A stretch of DNA of 64,000 bases. It comes from Eubacteriales bacterium. GTDB taxonomy: Bacteria; Bacillota; Clostridia; Oscillospirales; CAG-272. The notes under the pieces were generated by a model that saw nothing but the letters and a program-made list of their open reading frames with translations, had not been told where the DNA came from and ran no database searches. Made by a program: the position numbers and the translations under genes. The DNA lies in NCBI GenBank assembly GCA_045588165.1, contig JAZNDP010000066.1:1614-65613 (forward strand), given 5' to 3'. Shown piece by piece: positions 7,624 to 17,773 of the stretch (within the stretch, counting starts at the first letter, position 1; each line of letters starts with the position of its first letter).

Positions 7624-8892
7624 TTAAGAGATCACGTAAAGATCCACCGTCACGGTGGAGGAGGTAATGGGAGCGCCGGGGAGTGGAGATTGGGTCATGA
7701 CCGTTCCGCGACTTGCCATGCCACTCACGGGATAGACGGCGCCAATCACAAGACCGTATTCCCGAAGTCTCTCCTTTGCCTCCTTGGCGGTCATGCCGTA
7801 GAGATCGGGTACGGTGGGGATGGAATAACGGTCTCCCGCGCTGACGGTAAAGGATACGGTACTTCCGTCCTCCAGCCGCTCTCCCGCCGCCACGCTTTGG
7901 GCGATCACGGTGCCAACGGGCAAAGAGGAGGACTGATAGGTAACGCCTCCCGTTCGCAGAGATGCCGCGCGGAGAAGCGCGTCTGCTCGCGCCTCGGTCA
8001 CACCGAAGAGAGAGGGAACCTGACGAAGAAGGATCTCCCTCCCAAGGCTCACCCGAAGAATGACGGAATCTCCCGTTTGGAGGGAGGAGCCCGAGGCGGG
8101 AAGGGTGTCGATCACCTTTCCTCGCGGAACGGTGTCGGAATGCTCTTCCCGTATCTTGGGAAGAATCCCCGCGTTTTGCAAAGAGAGAACGGCGTCTCGT
8201 CTGCTCTGACCCGCCAAGTCCTCCAAGGTGTAGCCCTCCTCGGAGCGGCTGACGGTCAACGTCACGGTACAATAGTCCTTTTTCTGATAGAGTCGACGTC
8301 TTACCCCTGCGTGGGGTGTTTGGGAGATGACCAGACCGTCGGGAACAAGGTCATTTTTTTCATATTGAATGATCAGATCAATGTAAGAGTCCTCGTCGGT
8401 GAGAACCGCGGAGGGGTCTTTTCCCACAAAATCGGGGATCGTCACACTGCGGTAGGAGCGCCCGTATCCCGCAAAGAGTCCCAGGAGAACGCCGCCCGCC
8501 GCGAGAGCGGTGACCAGAACAGAGGCGCAGAGAGCACCCGAGAGAATGGGAAGCGCGTGGATCGTACCCCCCTTTTTTTTTCTCTTGAGCCGTCGAAGCA
8601 GCTGTCGTGTTCTGTGCCAAAGAAGGCTGGCTCCCGCCTCGATTGCTGTTTGGCAGGTGCGAAGAAAGGCAATCAGCTTCCTGCCATGCTTCCTCTTTGT
8701 CCGTTTTTTCTTTTGGCGAGGCTCGTCCATATCCCCGAATTCAAAGAGGATCTCCTCTACGGGCTCAGGCAGACGGGTGGCGGCGCGAAGCGTATCCGCC
8801 CCCTTGAGCCGAAACCTTCGGCGACGGGAGGGCAGGGTAGACTCGGAGTTGGGTGAAACGTTTTTTTTCGACACACGGAAACGGTATTTCAT
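7624..8892 (-). CDS. PASTA-domain membrane protein without kinase domain (about 423 aa)
   Basis: AAGGAG SD before ATG 8892. About 130-aa Arg/Lys-rich N-terminus, one TM (ILSGALCASVLVTALAAGGVLLGLF), then four PASTA-like repeats (IPDFVG..., LEDLAGQS..., VPSLFGVT..., VPDLYGMT...). No HRD/DFG kinase motifs. Confidence 0.8.
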   Translation of the reverse strand: MKYRFRVSKKNVSPNSESTLPSRRRRFRLKGADTLRAATRLPEPVEEILFEFGDMDEPRQKKKRTKRKHGRKLIAFLRTCQTAIEAGASLLWHRTRQLLRRLKRKKKGGTIHALPILSGALCASVLVTALAAGGVLLGLFAGYGRSYRSVTIPDFVGKDPSAVLTDEDSYIDLIIQYEKNDLVPDGLVISQTPHAGVRRRLYQKKDYCTVTLTVSRSEEGYTLEDLAGQSRRDAVLSLQNAGILPKIREEHSDTVPRGKVIDTLPASGSSLQTGDSVILRVSLGREILLRQVPSLFGVTEARADALLRAASLRTGGVTYQSSSLPVGTVIAQSVAAGERLEDGSTVSFTVSAGDRYSIPTVPDLYGMTAKEAKERLREYGLVIGAVYPVSGMASRGTVMTQSPLPGAPITSSTVTVDLYVIS

Positions 8893-8941
8893 AGGAAAAT
8901 ACTCCTTTTGCGTTATGTAGGTGTCGAAAAAATCTTCTATA

Positions 8942-10012
8942 TTATGATTTGCTTTCCTCCGCGCGCCGCAGCTGTCCGCAGGAGGCGTTGATGTCCGAGC
9001 CGAGACGGCGACGGACGGTGGCTCGGATCCCTTTTTTCTCCAAGGCGGCGGCAAATGCCGCGACAGCCTTCTTGTCCGAGGCGGAGAAGCCTGTTTCGCT
9101 GACGGGGTTGACGGGAATCAGATTGACGTGTATGGGGAAGGAGCCATGATCGGCGGGAGAGCGGAGACTGCCGTTGAGAAGCCTTGCCAGACGTAGGGCG
9201 GCATCAGGGGAGTCGTTCTTTCCCGCGATGAGCGTATATTCAAAGGAGATCCTTCTGCCGGTGGCGCGGTAATAGTCGCGACAGCTCGTCAGAAGCCGAT
9301 CGATATTCCATTTTTTATTGACGGGCATAATGGTATTTCTCGTCTCGTCATCCGAGGCGTGAAGAGAGATAGACAGAGTGATGGGAAAATTCTCTTTCGC
9401 CAGACGGTCGATCTTGTCACACAGACCGCAGGTGGAGAGAGAAATATGGCGATATCCGATATTCAGCCCCTTCTCGTGTCCCACCAGACGAAGAAATCTT
9501 GTGACGTTGTCGTAGTTGTCCAGAGGCTCTCCGATGCCCATCATGACCACGCCGTCGATCCGCTCTCCCGTGTCCTTGGAGGCGGCAATGATCTGTCCCA
9601 ACATTTCCGATGGGGTCAGATCCCGTATCTTGCCTCCAATCGTAGAGGCGCAGAAGGCGCAGCCCATACGACAGCCCACCTGGGAGGAGATACAAATGGT
9701 GGTTCCGTGCTTGTAGCGCATCACCACGCTCTCCACGCAGTTGCCGTCCCTCAGGGCAAAGAGGTATTTGACGGTTCCGTCCAGTGCCGAGACCAGCTTG
9801 CGTCGGATGGTAGGCAGATAAAAGTAGGCGCGTTCCTTCAGCTTTGCCACGGTTGTCTTTCCTACGTTGGTCATCTCCTCGGGGGAGATACCCCGATGAA
9901 GCTGGACAAACAGTTGCTGCGCTCGGTATTTGGGTTCTCCAAGAGAGACCACAAGCTCTTCCAGCTCCTCGGGCAGGAGCGACAGCAGGTCAATTTTTTC
10001 GGTGGTGCTCAT
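8942..10012 (-). CDS. rlmN: 23S rRNA/tRNA (adenine-C2)-methyltransferase RlmN (radical SAM)
   Basis: CRMGCAFCAS radical-SAM cluster, MGIGEPL, C-terminal CGQL. Confidence 0.93.
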   Translation of the reverse strand: MSTTEKIDLLSLLPEELEELVVSLGEPKYRAQQLFVQLHRGISPEEMTNVGKTTVAKLKERAYFYLPTIRRKLVSALDGTVKYLFALRDGNCVESVVMRYKHGTTICISSQVGCRMGCAFCASTIGGKIRDLTPSEMLGQIIAASKDTGERIDGVVMMGIGEPLDNYDNVTRFLRLVGHEKGLNIGYRHISLSTCGLCDKIDRLAKENFPITLSISLHASDDETRNTIMPVNKKWNIDRLLTSCRDYYRATGRRISFEYTLIAGKNDSPDAALRLARLLNGSLRSPADHGSFPIHVNLIPVNPVSETGFSASDKKAVAAFAAALEKKGIRATVRRRLGSDINASCGQLRRAEESKS

Positions 10013-10039
10013 ATCGGTATCGCTCCTTTCATAAAAGCG

Positions 10040-11326
10040 TCATTTTCTGGTCAGCTTCGCGATAAAGAAGCCGTCGGTGGGGGCCTGATCGGGCAGAAGG
10101 GTCAGGTATCCCTTGTTTGCCGCAATTCCGCCCACGGAAAAGGGAACGAGGGAAAAGTCGGGATGGCTCGTCAGAAACCGTTCCACGTTTCCTTCGTTTT
10201 CCTCTGGAAGAATGGTACAGGTGGAGTAGACCAGCGTGCCTCCGTTTTTTACGTATCGGCAGGCGTTTTCCAGAATTGCCAGTTGAATGTCGGGCAGGGC
10301 AGAGGAGGCGGCGGGGTCTTTGTAACGAAGCTCGGGCTTTTTGCCGAGCACTCCGAAGCCGGAGCAGGGAACGTCACACAGAACGCGGTCGGCTTTTCCT
10401 TCCATTTCGGGTAGAAAATTCCTTCCGTCACGGACGGAGGGGGTAATGATAGTAATACCCAATCTCCTCGCTCCCGATTCGATCAGAGGGAGCTTTTTTT
10501 CGTGAAGATCGTAGGAGAGGACGACTCCCGCGTTTTTCATACGGATTGCCGAGCCAAAGCTCTTGGAGCCGGGGCAGGCGCAAATATCCATTATCGTTTC
10601 TCCCTCTCGCGCGTCCAATACCTCTACGCAGAGCTGGGAGGCTTCGTCCTGAACGAAGAAAAAGCCCTCCTCAAAACCGTACAGCTCCCGTACTGATCCT
10701 CGTACCGACAGACCGTTCGGCGCGTGGAGGGTGGGGAGCGATCCGGGAATTTCTTTTGCCAGATTCTCACGGGAGATTTTCAGGGTGTTGACCGAAAGGG
10801 TGGTTCCCCCGTGATTCGAAAAGCTTTTCAGAATCGATTCGGCGCGGTCCGCGCCGTATACGGCGATCAGCTTCTGACAAAGAGGGAGACAGACCGAGCA
10901 GGCAACCGAGAGATACCTTGCCTCGTCCTCGGCGCGGTCGGGGAGTGTTGTGGCGGGTGCCCGTGTCGCTGCCCGCAGAACGGCGTTGACAAAGCCGGAG
11001 GTTTTTCTCGAAACCAAGGAAACGGTTTCGCTGACGGCGGCGTGAGGGGGGATCCGATCCAAAAAGAGAAGCTGATACAGCCCCAGACGCAAAGCGGTCT
11101 TGACGGAGAGATCCAGCTCCGATGCGGGACGGCTTGAGAGCCGGTCGATCTGGAAATCCAGCGTGATTCGCCGCTCGGTTACGCCGTAAACCAAGGTGGC
11201 GGCAAGAGAACGGTCGGCGCCGTCAAGCCCACTGTGAGACAGGGCGTGATCCAAAGCAATATTTAAGAATTGATCGTTGGTTTCGATCCGTTGCAAAAGA
11301 TCGAACGCAAGGCGTCTTGCCGTCAT
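10040..11326 (-). CDS. rsmB: 16S rRNA (cytosine967-C5)-methyltransferase RsmB
   Basis: NusB-like N-domain, DICACPGSKS SAM motif, DVPCSG and YSTCT catalytic Cys blocks. Start at MTARRLAFDLL (AGGAG SD). Confidence 0.9.
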   Translation of the reverse strand: MTARRLAFDLLQRIETNDQFLNIALDHALSHSGLDGADRSLAATLVYGVTERRITLDFQIDRLSSRPASELDLSVKTALRLGLYQLLFLDRIPPHAAVSETVSLVSRKTSGFVNAVLRAATRAPATTLPDRAEDEARYLSVACSVCLPLCQKLIAVYGADRAESILKSFSNHGGTTLSVNTLKISRENLAKEIPGSLPTLHAPNGLSVRGSVRELYGFEEGFFFVQDEASQLCVEVLDAREGETIMDICACPGSKSFGSAIRMKNAGVVLSYDLHEKKLPLIESGARRLGITIITPSVRDGRNFLPEMEGKADRVLCDVPCSGFGVLGKKPELRYKDPAASSALPDIQLAILENACRYVKNGGTLVYSTCTILPEENEGNVERFLTSHPDFSLVPFSVGGIAANKGYLTLLPDQAPTDGFFIAKLTRK

Positions 11327-11349
11327 AAGTCGCTCCTGTTCTGAAAAGT

Positions 11350-12282
11350 TTATTTTAGGATATCTCCTACGGCAACCTTTCTGCCGCGGATAAAATCGGT
11401 TGCAGCCATGCGGGATTTTCCCTCGGGCAGAACGCCTGTCAGGAGGACCGATCCGCGGCGGCAAGCAACGGTAATTCCTCCCTCCAGAGAGAGAACCTCA
11501 CCGGGGGTATCGTGTGCCGTATCGGTATTCACCAGACGGGACTCTGTTACCTTCAAGAGCTTTCCGTCTGCGGTGTGAGTAAAGGAAAGGGGAATGGGAG
11601 ACAGACCGCGAATCCGGTCGTGTACTTCCTTGGCGTCACGGTCAAAATTCAGGGCGCAGTCCTCTTTGGTGATCTTTGCCGCGTAGGTTGCGAGAGCCTC
11701 ATCTTGGGGAATTCGTTGCACGTCTCCCGTCTCCAGTCCGCCCAGCGTGCGGACGATCATAGAAGCGCCCAGCTCTCCCAGCTTATCGTGAATGGTCTCA
11801 AAATTATCATTTTCCTCAATGGCAATCTCTTCCTTGAGAAGCATGTCGCCCGTGTCCAGCCCTACGTCCATATACATGGTGGTAATGCCGGTTTTTGCCT
11901 TGCCATCCAGAATTGCCCGTTGCATGGGGGCGGCTCCCCGATATTCGGGAAGCAGAGAGCCGTGGACGTTGATACAGCCAAATCGGGGATAACGGAGTAC
12001 AGACTCCGGCAGGATCTTGCCAAAGGCAACCACCACGATCACCTCGGGATCCAGCTGCCGCAAAAGCTCGGCAAAGGCATCGTCCTTGAGGGTGGCGGGC
12101 TGATATACGGGGATTCCTTCCTTTTGCGCCGCCACCTTTACGGGGGGCGGAGTCATGGTGTATCCTCTTCCGCGGGGCTTATCGGGCTGTGTAATGACCG
12201 CCACGATCTCGTGTCCCGCCTCGATCAAGGCGCGCAGAGAGAAGACCGCGAAATCAGGGGTGCCCATAAATACAAGCTTCAT
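11350..12282 (-). CDS. fmt: Methionyl-tRNA formyltransferase
   Basis: MKLVFMGTPDFAV, INVHGSLLPEYRGAAP. Confidence 0.95.
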   Translation of the reverse strand: MKLVFMGTPDFAVFSLRALIEAGHEIVAVITQPDKPRGRGYTMTPPPVKVAAQKEGIPVYQPATLKDDAFAELLRQLDPEVIVVVAFGKILPESVLRYPRFGCINVHGSLLPEYRGAAPMQRAILDGKAKTGITTMYMDVGLDTGDMLLKEEIAIEENDNFETIHDKLGELGASMIVRTLGGLETGDVQRIPQDEALATYAAKITKEDCALNFDRDAKEVHDRIRGLSPIPLSFTHTADGKLLKVTESRLVNTDTAHDTPGEVLSLEGGITVACRRGSVLLTGVLPEGKSRMAATDFIRGRKVAVGDILK

Positions 12283-12303
12283 TTTTTACTCCTTTCGCGG
12301 CGC

Positions 12304-12762
12304 TTAGTTGGAATCCAGCATCCGAATGGCGCAGTCGATGTAGAGCTTTCCGTCCAGATGGTCGATCTCGTGACAGAATGCCTTAGCGAGAAGTCCGGAG
12401 CCGGTGATATCGAAGGTCTCGCCTTTGCGGTTCATTGCCCGAACCGTTACGTGCATGGGACGGCGTGTGATGCCCCATCTGCCGGGGACTGACAGACAGC
12501 CCTCCTCGCTTTCCTGCTCGCCGGAAAAGGCGATGATCTTGGGGTTGATCAGTTCGATCAGACCCTCGTCGGGGGTCTCGATGACCACGATTCTTCGCAG
12601 AACGCCTACCTGGGGGGCGGCAAGACCTACTCCGTCAGCGGCGCGCATGGTCTCAACCATGTCGTCCAGCAGAGTCAGAACGCGGGGAGTAATGCAATCT
12701 ACAGGGCGGCACACCTTGCGAAGAGCGCTGTCGCCAACCTTTACTATTTTTAATTTTGCCAT
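12304..12762 (-). CDS. def: Peptide deformylase
   Basis: GVGLAAPQVG, EGCLSVPG, HEIDHLDG metal-binding motifs. Confidence 0.95.
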   Translation of the reverse strand: MAKLKIVKVGDSALRKVCRPVDCITPRVLTLLDDMVETMRAADGVGLAAPQVGVLRRIVVIETPDEGLIELINPKIIAFSGEQESEEGCLSVPGRWGITRRPMHVTVRAMNRKGETFDITGSGLLAKAFCHEIDHLDGKLYIDCAIRMLDSN

Positions 12763-12784
12763 GATAGTCTCCTTTTCGTTTTCA

Positions 12785-15283
12785 TCATAATGAGGAGGGG
12801 TTAAAATCCACGGAGAGGGTCAAGCCCTTTCCGGCGGATCCCGAGAAAAAGCGCAAAAGCTCGTCAAACAAAGCGCGGCTGCGCTTGTTGAGACGGCATT
12901 TGATCACCATTCTCATGCGGAATTTGTTTTCCACCTTGTAAACGGGAGCCTCGAAGGGACCGTAGGTCACCATGGGAACGTCCCGATAGTCTCCCTCTAA
13001 AAATTCTTTCATTTTTTCGGACAAAACAGCCGAAGCGCGCATCAGCTCAATTTCCTCGGAAGAGGTGAGCATCAGAGAAACAATGTCGCAGAAGGGCGGA
13101 AATACCAGAGCCTTCCGCAGACGGATCTCGGCGTTATAGAATGCTTCGAAATCCTGAGAGCTGGCAAGACGAATACACTCGTGGTCGGGGTTGTTGGTCT
13201 GAATGATCGCTTCTCCCGCCTTATCGGACCGTCCCGCCCGTCCTATCACCTGAGTCAGCATCGCGAAGGTGCGCTCTGCCGCCCGATAGTCGTTGAGATA
13301 GAGGGACGCGTCTGCCAGAAGAACGCCCACCAGTGTCACGTCGGGGAAGTCGTGTCCCTTGGTAACCATCTGGGTACCGAGAAGCACGTCTGCCTCGTGT
13401 CGGCGGAATTTTCCAAGCATCTCCTCATAGGAATATCGGGAGGAGGTGGTGTCGGTATCCATTCTCAAAATTGAGGCGTCGGGTAAGAGCTCGGACAGCT
13501 CCTGCTCTACCCGTTGCGTTCCAAATCCCATACGCGAGAGATGTGGACTCTCACAGGAAGGGCAGACCGTGGGAAGGGGGGCGCGACGACCGCACCAATG
13601 ACAGCGAAGCTCTCCCTTTTCGTAGGAATTGCCCAGGGTATGATAGGTCATGGAAACACTGCAGGTGGGACAGCGAACCGCCTCTCCGCAGCTCCGACAG
13701 CTAATGAAATTATTATAACCGCGACGGTTCAAAAACAGAATGGATTGGTTGCTCTGTCCACGGTTTTTCACCAGTCGCTCGCAGAGCAGCGTGCCCAGCG
13801 GGGAGACCACTCCCGCGGCAGAATCCTCCCGCATGTCGGCAATGGTGACACGGGGGAGAGAAGCGCCGCCATATCGGTGCTTCAAGGAGATTAGCGTGTA
13901 CGTCCCTTCTTTTGCTTTGTAGTAGCTTTCAAAAGATGGGGTAGCAGATGCCAGAAGCATCAGCGCCTTGTGATGGGCGCAACGGAATCGGGCGATGTCT
14001 CTGGCGTGATATTTTGGGTTCATGTCGGATTTGTAGGTGTGCTCCTGCTCTTCATCCATGATGACCAGTCCCAGATCCTCCAACGGCGCAAATATGGCAG
14101 ACCGCGTACCAATGACAACGTCTGCGCCGCCTGCGCGGATGCGGCGGTAGGTGTCCAGCCGTTCTCCCGCGGAGAGACCGGAATGGAGAATAGCGACACG
14201 TTCCCCGTATCGGGAGCAAAAGATAGAAAGGGTCTGCGGGGTCAGGGCAATCTCGGGCAGAAGAAGGATCACGCTTCGGTTTTTCGCCAACACGTGGTCG
14301 ATCATTTTCATCATCACCGAGGTCTTTCCGCTTCCCGTTACGCCGTGCAACAGTGCCGCTTTTGCTTCTCCCGAATCGGACAGAGCGCAAAGGGTGTTGT
14401 GAGCGGCGGTCTGTTCCTCGTTGAGTACGACCTCCCGCGCTTCGCTCTGCGGAATCGAAAGAATACTGCGATCCAACGCTTTTTTTGTTCGGCAAAGGAT
14501 TCCTTTTCCGCAAAGGGCGGCGATCTGCGCCGCGGTGGCGCCGCAGGCATCCAACAGCGTCCTTTCCTTTATTTCCTCCTCGTCCGAATCCAACACGTAT
14601 CTCAAAATCGAGAGATGATTGGCAGAGCGAAGGCGGATTTCGGAATCGGTTCCCTTCAGAATAGAATCAGCCCTCTCTCTCGGTATGGCAAGGGAGCAGT
14701 AGCTCTCGCTTTTTTGCTCCGTAGTCTTTAAAACGGTTTCCTTAACGATCCAGCCGTCGGTCAGCAACCGCTTCAGCGTTTCCGCGGTGGCGGGACCGAA
14801 ACGAAGCTTCAGCAGCTCCTGTCCGGCGCTTCCTTTTTTGCGAATATAGTCAAAAATAAGGGTGGCAAGAGGATCAAGTTTTTTGAGCCTGTCCTGATTC
14901 TCCTCGACACCCTGTCGGGGCAGATAGCGCTCCTCCTGCCGTGCCAACGCAGAGATGGGCACCATGGCGCGAACGGCGTCGCCCACGGTGCAAAGAGTCT
15001 GCTCCTTCATGAAAAAGCAGAGTTTCAGCATCTCCTCGTTCAGAGAGAGGAGGGAAGGATCGCACACCGAAAAGATCGGCTTGCAGCCGATCTTTTCGTT
15101 ATCCGGTTTTTCTTTTAGCGATACCACAAGACCCGTCCGCTTCCGATTTCCCGTTCCAAAGGGAACGGTGACGAAATTTCCGACCGCGATCCGCTCCCGA
15201 AGGTCGGGGGGGATAAAGTAATCAAAGGGGCGGTCGATACAGTAGGGGCTGTCCAGCAGATGTACGCCTGCGTATTCCGGCAT
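12785..15283 (-). CDS. priA: Primosomal protein N' (replication restart helicase PriA)
   Basis: GVTGSGKT Walker A, DEEQE, Cys-rich zinc region CRSCGEAVRCPTC...CHWCG...CPSC. Start at MPEYAGVHLL (ATG 15283). Confidence 0.93.
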   Translation of the reverse strand: MPEYAGVHLLDSPYCIDRPFDYFIPPDLRERIAVGNFVTVPFGTGNRKRTGLVVSLKEKPDNEKIGCKPIFSVCDPSLLSLNEEMLKLCFFMKEQTLCTVGDAVRAMVPISALARQEERYLPRQGVEENQDRLKKLDPLATLIFDYIRKKGSAGQELLKLRFGPATAETLKRLLTDGWIVKETVLKTTEQKSESYCSLAIPRERADSILKGTDSEIRLRSANHLSILRYVLDSDEEEIKERTLLDACGATAAQIAALCGKGILCRTKKALDRSILSIPQSEAREVVLNEEQTAAHNTLCALSDSGEAKAALLHGVTGSGKTSVMMKMIDHVLAKNRSVILLLPEIALTPQTLSIFCSRYGERVAILHSGLSAGERLDTYRRIRAGGADVVIGTRSAIFAPLEDLGLVIMDEEQEHTYKSDMNPKYHARDIARFRCAHHKALMLLASATPSFESYYKAKEGTYTLISLKHRYGGASLPRVTIADMREDSAAGVVSPLGTLLCERLVKNRGQSNQSILFLNRRGYNNFISCRSCGEAVRCPTCSVSMTYHTLGNSYEKGELRCHWCGRRAPLPTVCPSCESPHLSRMGFGTQRVEQELSELLPDASILRMDTDTTSSRYSYEEMLGKFRRHEADVLLGTQMVTKGHDFPDVTLVGVLLADASLYLNDYRAAERTFAMLTQVIGRAGRSDKAGEAIIQTNNPDHECIRLASSQDFEAFYNAEIRLRKALVFPPFCDIVSLMLTSSEEIELMRASAVLSEKMKEFLEGDYRDVPMVTYGPFEAPVYKVENKFRMRMVIKCRLNKRSRALFDELLRFFSGSAGKGLTLSVDFNPSSL

Positions 15284-15320
15284 ATCCGGTCCTCCGACAG
15301 TAGTAATGGTAAAGAGAGAG

Positions 15321-15644
15321 TTACGCCTCTGAGGACTCAGCGTTCTCGGAATCCTCGGTCTCCGCGGCGGGAAGCTCTTCTTCCTCCTTGTGAACGATCT
15401 GATACTCCCCACTGTGGATACGGGTGATGGCGTTTTTCACTGCCTTCTCATCCCGATATTCCTTGTTGATCATGCTGATCAGATTGCGATCGGTGTCCTT
15501 GTTGCCGGTTGCCGCTTTCTCCGCTGCCTCGCGCTGTCTGACGTACTCGTCGGTGATAAGACGGGCGCACTTGGCGGTAGCGAGAGCCAGCTCGTAGCGG
15601 TTGAATTCGTCTCGGGTCAGTTCCTTAATGGTGGGGTAAAGCAT
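15321..15644 (-). CDS. rpoZ: RNA polymerase omega subunit with acidic C-terminal tail
   Basis: MLYPTIKELTRDEFNRYELALATAKCARLI, AAGGAG SD. Position between gmk and priA. Confidence 0.85.
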   Translation of the reverse strand: MLYPTIKELTRDEFNRYELALATAKCARLITDEYVRQREAAEKAATGNKDTDRNLISMINKEYRDEKAVKNAITRIHSGEYQIVHKEEEELPAAETEDSENAESSEA

Positions 15645-15684
15645 AGTTTGTTCTCCTTGTTTCTGTATTTCGTTAAAATGTTGA

Positions 15685-16290
15685 TTATGAAAAATAACGA
15701 GTCCCCGCATCCTTGTTGCGTCGCAGGGAATGGTGCTCGGATCGAATGATAGCGAGAATGTCCTCTGCCGCCTCCCGATCCATGCCGTCGTAATTGTAAA
15801 CAACGTAGTCGTAGTAGTCAAGCGCCATCATCTCTTTTCGCGTTTGTGTCAGGCGCTCCAAAATCTTATCCTCATTTTCGGTACCTCTGCCTCGCAGCCG
15901 CGCCTCCTGTACCGCAAAGGAGGGGGGGAGAAGCATGATCAGCACGGCGTCCGGATAGGCGCGCTTGATGTTTTTTGCGCCCTCTACCTCAATCTCAAGG
16001 ATCAGGTTCTTGCCCGAAGCCAGAACTGCCTCCGCTTCCTTGCGGGGGGTTCCGTAGTAATTGCCGCAATACTCGGTGTATTCCAGCATGTCGCCGTTTT
16101 TGATGCGGAGGAGAAACTCCTCCTTGGTGATGTAATGGTAATTTACCCCGTCTACCTCACCGGGGCGAGGAGCGCGGGTGGTTGCCGATACCGAGTAGGA
16201 AAAATCGCCCGTTTTCAGCAGATGGGCGTTTACGGTACCCTTGCCGCTTCCGGCAGGACCCGAAATGACGATCATCAGTCCTTTTTTCAT
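15685..16290 (-). CDS. gmk: Guanylate kinase
   Basis: ISGPAGSGKGT P-loop, SATTRAPRPGE, YYG. ATG 16290 is spaced 6 nt from GGGAGGT; upstream ATG/GTG candidates abut the SD. Confidence 0.92.
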   Translation of the reverse strand: MKKGLMIVISGPAGSGKGTVNAHLLKTGDFSYSVSATTRAPRPGEVDGVNYHYITKEEFLLRIKNGDMLEYTEYCGNYYGTPRKEAEAVLASGKNLILEIEVEGAKNIKRAYPDAVLIMLLPPSFAVQEARLRGRGTENEDKILERLTQTRKEMMALDYYDYVVYNYDGMDREAAEDILAIIRSEHHSLRRNKDAGTRYFS

Positions 16291-16306
16291 CGCCATACCT
16301 CCCACC

Positions 16307-16573
16307 TCATTCCTCGGATTCCTCGTCAGCGGAGGAATCGTTGTTGTCCAGACGGTTTGCGATGGTCTCCGACTGAATAGCGGAGAGGATCACGTGCTCA
16401 CTGTCGGTGATGATCACGGCACGGGTACGGCGACCGCAGGAGACGTCGATGACCCGTCCGCTGTCCTTGGCGTCCTGAATCAGACGCTTGACGGGAGCGG
16501 AGTCGGGGGATACGATGGTGACGATGCGGTCGGATGCCACCATATTTCCAAAGCCGATATTGATGAATTTCAT
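16307..16573 (-). CDS. remA: RemA/YlzA (DUF370) regulatory protein
   Basis: [67 protein letters not shown] is close to B. subtilis RemA. Confidence 0.9.
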   Translation of the reverse strand: MKFINIGFGNMVASDRIVTIVSPDSAPVKRLIQDAKDSGRVIDVSCGRRTRAVIITDSEHVILSAIQSETIANRLDNNDSSADEESEE

Positions 16574-16599
16574 ATGTATACGTCCTTTATATTTCGAGC

Positions 16600-17487
16600 T
16601 TATTCAATATTCTGAATCTGCTCTCTGATTTTTTCGATTTCGCATTTAATGTCCACCACAAGACGCGCGATGGAGGAATTTTGACACTTGGAACCGATGG
16701 TGTTTGTTTCGCGGTTGAGCTCTTGTACCAGAAAATCAAGGCGTCTGCCAACGGGCTCGTCGGAGGAGAGGATGTCGGTAAAGCCGTCGAAATGGGAGCG
16801 AAGCCGTACCAGCTCCTCGTCGATGGCAACGCGGTCGGCAAAGATGGCGCATTCGGTCAGGATCCGATTTTCGTCAAAGGCGATCCGATTGTCGGAAAGC
16901 ATCTCCCGCAGACGCGCCTCCAGCTTTTGCCGATAGGTTTCTCCGTCTGCCAGAGAAAGCGTCTCGATCTCGCATACCTTCTCGCGAATGGAGTCGATCT
17001 TTTCCTCCAGATCACGGCGGATGTTCTCTCCCTCGCGGGTGCGGGCGGCGATGAATCTCGCCAGCGCCTCGTCCAGAACGGATCTGAGGTCGTCCCAGTC
17101 TCGCTCGGTGTCCTCCTCCGGTTTGCGAATCAGAAACAGATCCCGATTCTGCGCCACGGTCATAATACTGATGTCATCCTTTAAGCCGAAGGTTTCTCCA
17201 AGCTGCCGCAAAGCGGAAAGATAAGCGGCGGCATAGCCCTCATCCAACGCGATTTGCGCCGTGGGAGAATCGATCACGTCCACCCCAACGAATACGTCTA
17301 CCTTGCCGCGGGATACGCCGGAGGCGAGAAGATGGGGCTTGATCTTTTCCTCCAAAAAGGAGAAGGTTCTCGGCAATTTCACCGAGCAATCAAAAAAACG
17401 GTTGTTGACCGAACGGATCTCTACGGTAATATCTTTTCCGCCAACGGTGGCTCTTGCTCTGCCGAAGGCAGTCATGCTTCTGATCAT
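16600..17487 (-). CDS. yicC: YicC/YloC family stress-induced protein
   Basis: [11 protein letters not shown] start, C-terminal [13 protein letters not shown]. Synteny with remA-gmk. Confidence 0.88.
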   Translation of the reverse strand: MIRSMTAFGRARATVGGKDITVEIRSVNNRFFDCSVKLPRTFSFLEEKIKPHLLASGVSRGKVDVFVGVDVIDSPTAQIALDEGYAAAYLSALRQLGETFGLKDDISIMTVAQNRDLFLIRKPEEDTERDWDDLRSVLDEALARFIAARTREGENIRRDLEEKIDSIREKVCEIETLSLADGETYRQKLEARLREMLSDNRIAFDENRILTECAIFADRVAIDEELVRLRSHFDGFTDILSSDEPVGRRLDFLVQELNRETNTIGSKCQNSSIARLVVDIKCEIEKIREQIQNIE

Positions 17488-17525
17488 AGGACGTTCCTTT
17501 CATAGAGATATATCTATACATAATA

Positions 17526-17554
17526 ATTATACCCTCTTTTTTTTCTCTTGTCAA
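17526..17554 (-). promoter_or_regulatory. Sigma-A promoter heading the yicC-remA-gmk-rpoZ... operon
   Basis: Minus strand reads TTGACA (17554-17549), 17 bp, TATAAT (17531-17526). Confidence 0.7.
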
Positions 17555-17773
17555 CGGAATTTTAAATTTTGAGGAAATCCATACAAGTTTTTTTCGAAAA
17601 ACTCCGAAAAAATGAACATTTTTATGGTTTCGCGAGTAATTTTTCAAAAAATATTGATAAATATTAAAAAAAGCCCTTGAAATTTTCTTGAAAATGGTGT
17701 AAAATAAACTGAATTGATATGCATACTCTGTGAGGATGCAACGAGAAAAATTTATTTCGGAGGATTTTTAAAT

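Noticed and set aside
7198-8856. Long plus-strand ORF (552 aa) and similar large ORFs in the track: 9359..10414, 19427..21241, 27154..28260, 30250..32193, 37268..39931, 46259..47311, 54221..55372, 11512..12492, 13970..14731.
   Set aside because: Each lies antisense to or out of frame with a gene that has clear family motifs. Their translations are Arg/Gly/His/Val-rich low-complexity strings without SDs, as expected for shadow ORFs in GC-rich coding DNA.
17560-17700. 21-aa ORF (MNIFMVSRVIFQKILINIKKSP) in the AT-rich yicC/efp intergenic region.
   Set aside because: There is no SD, and it lies within overlapping divergent promoter DNA. It is likely a chance ORF.
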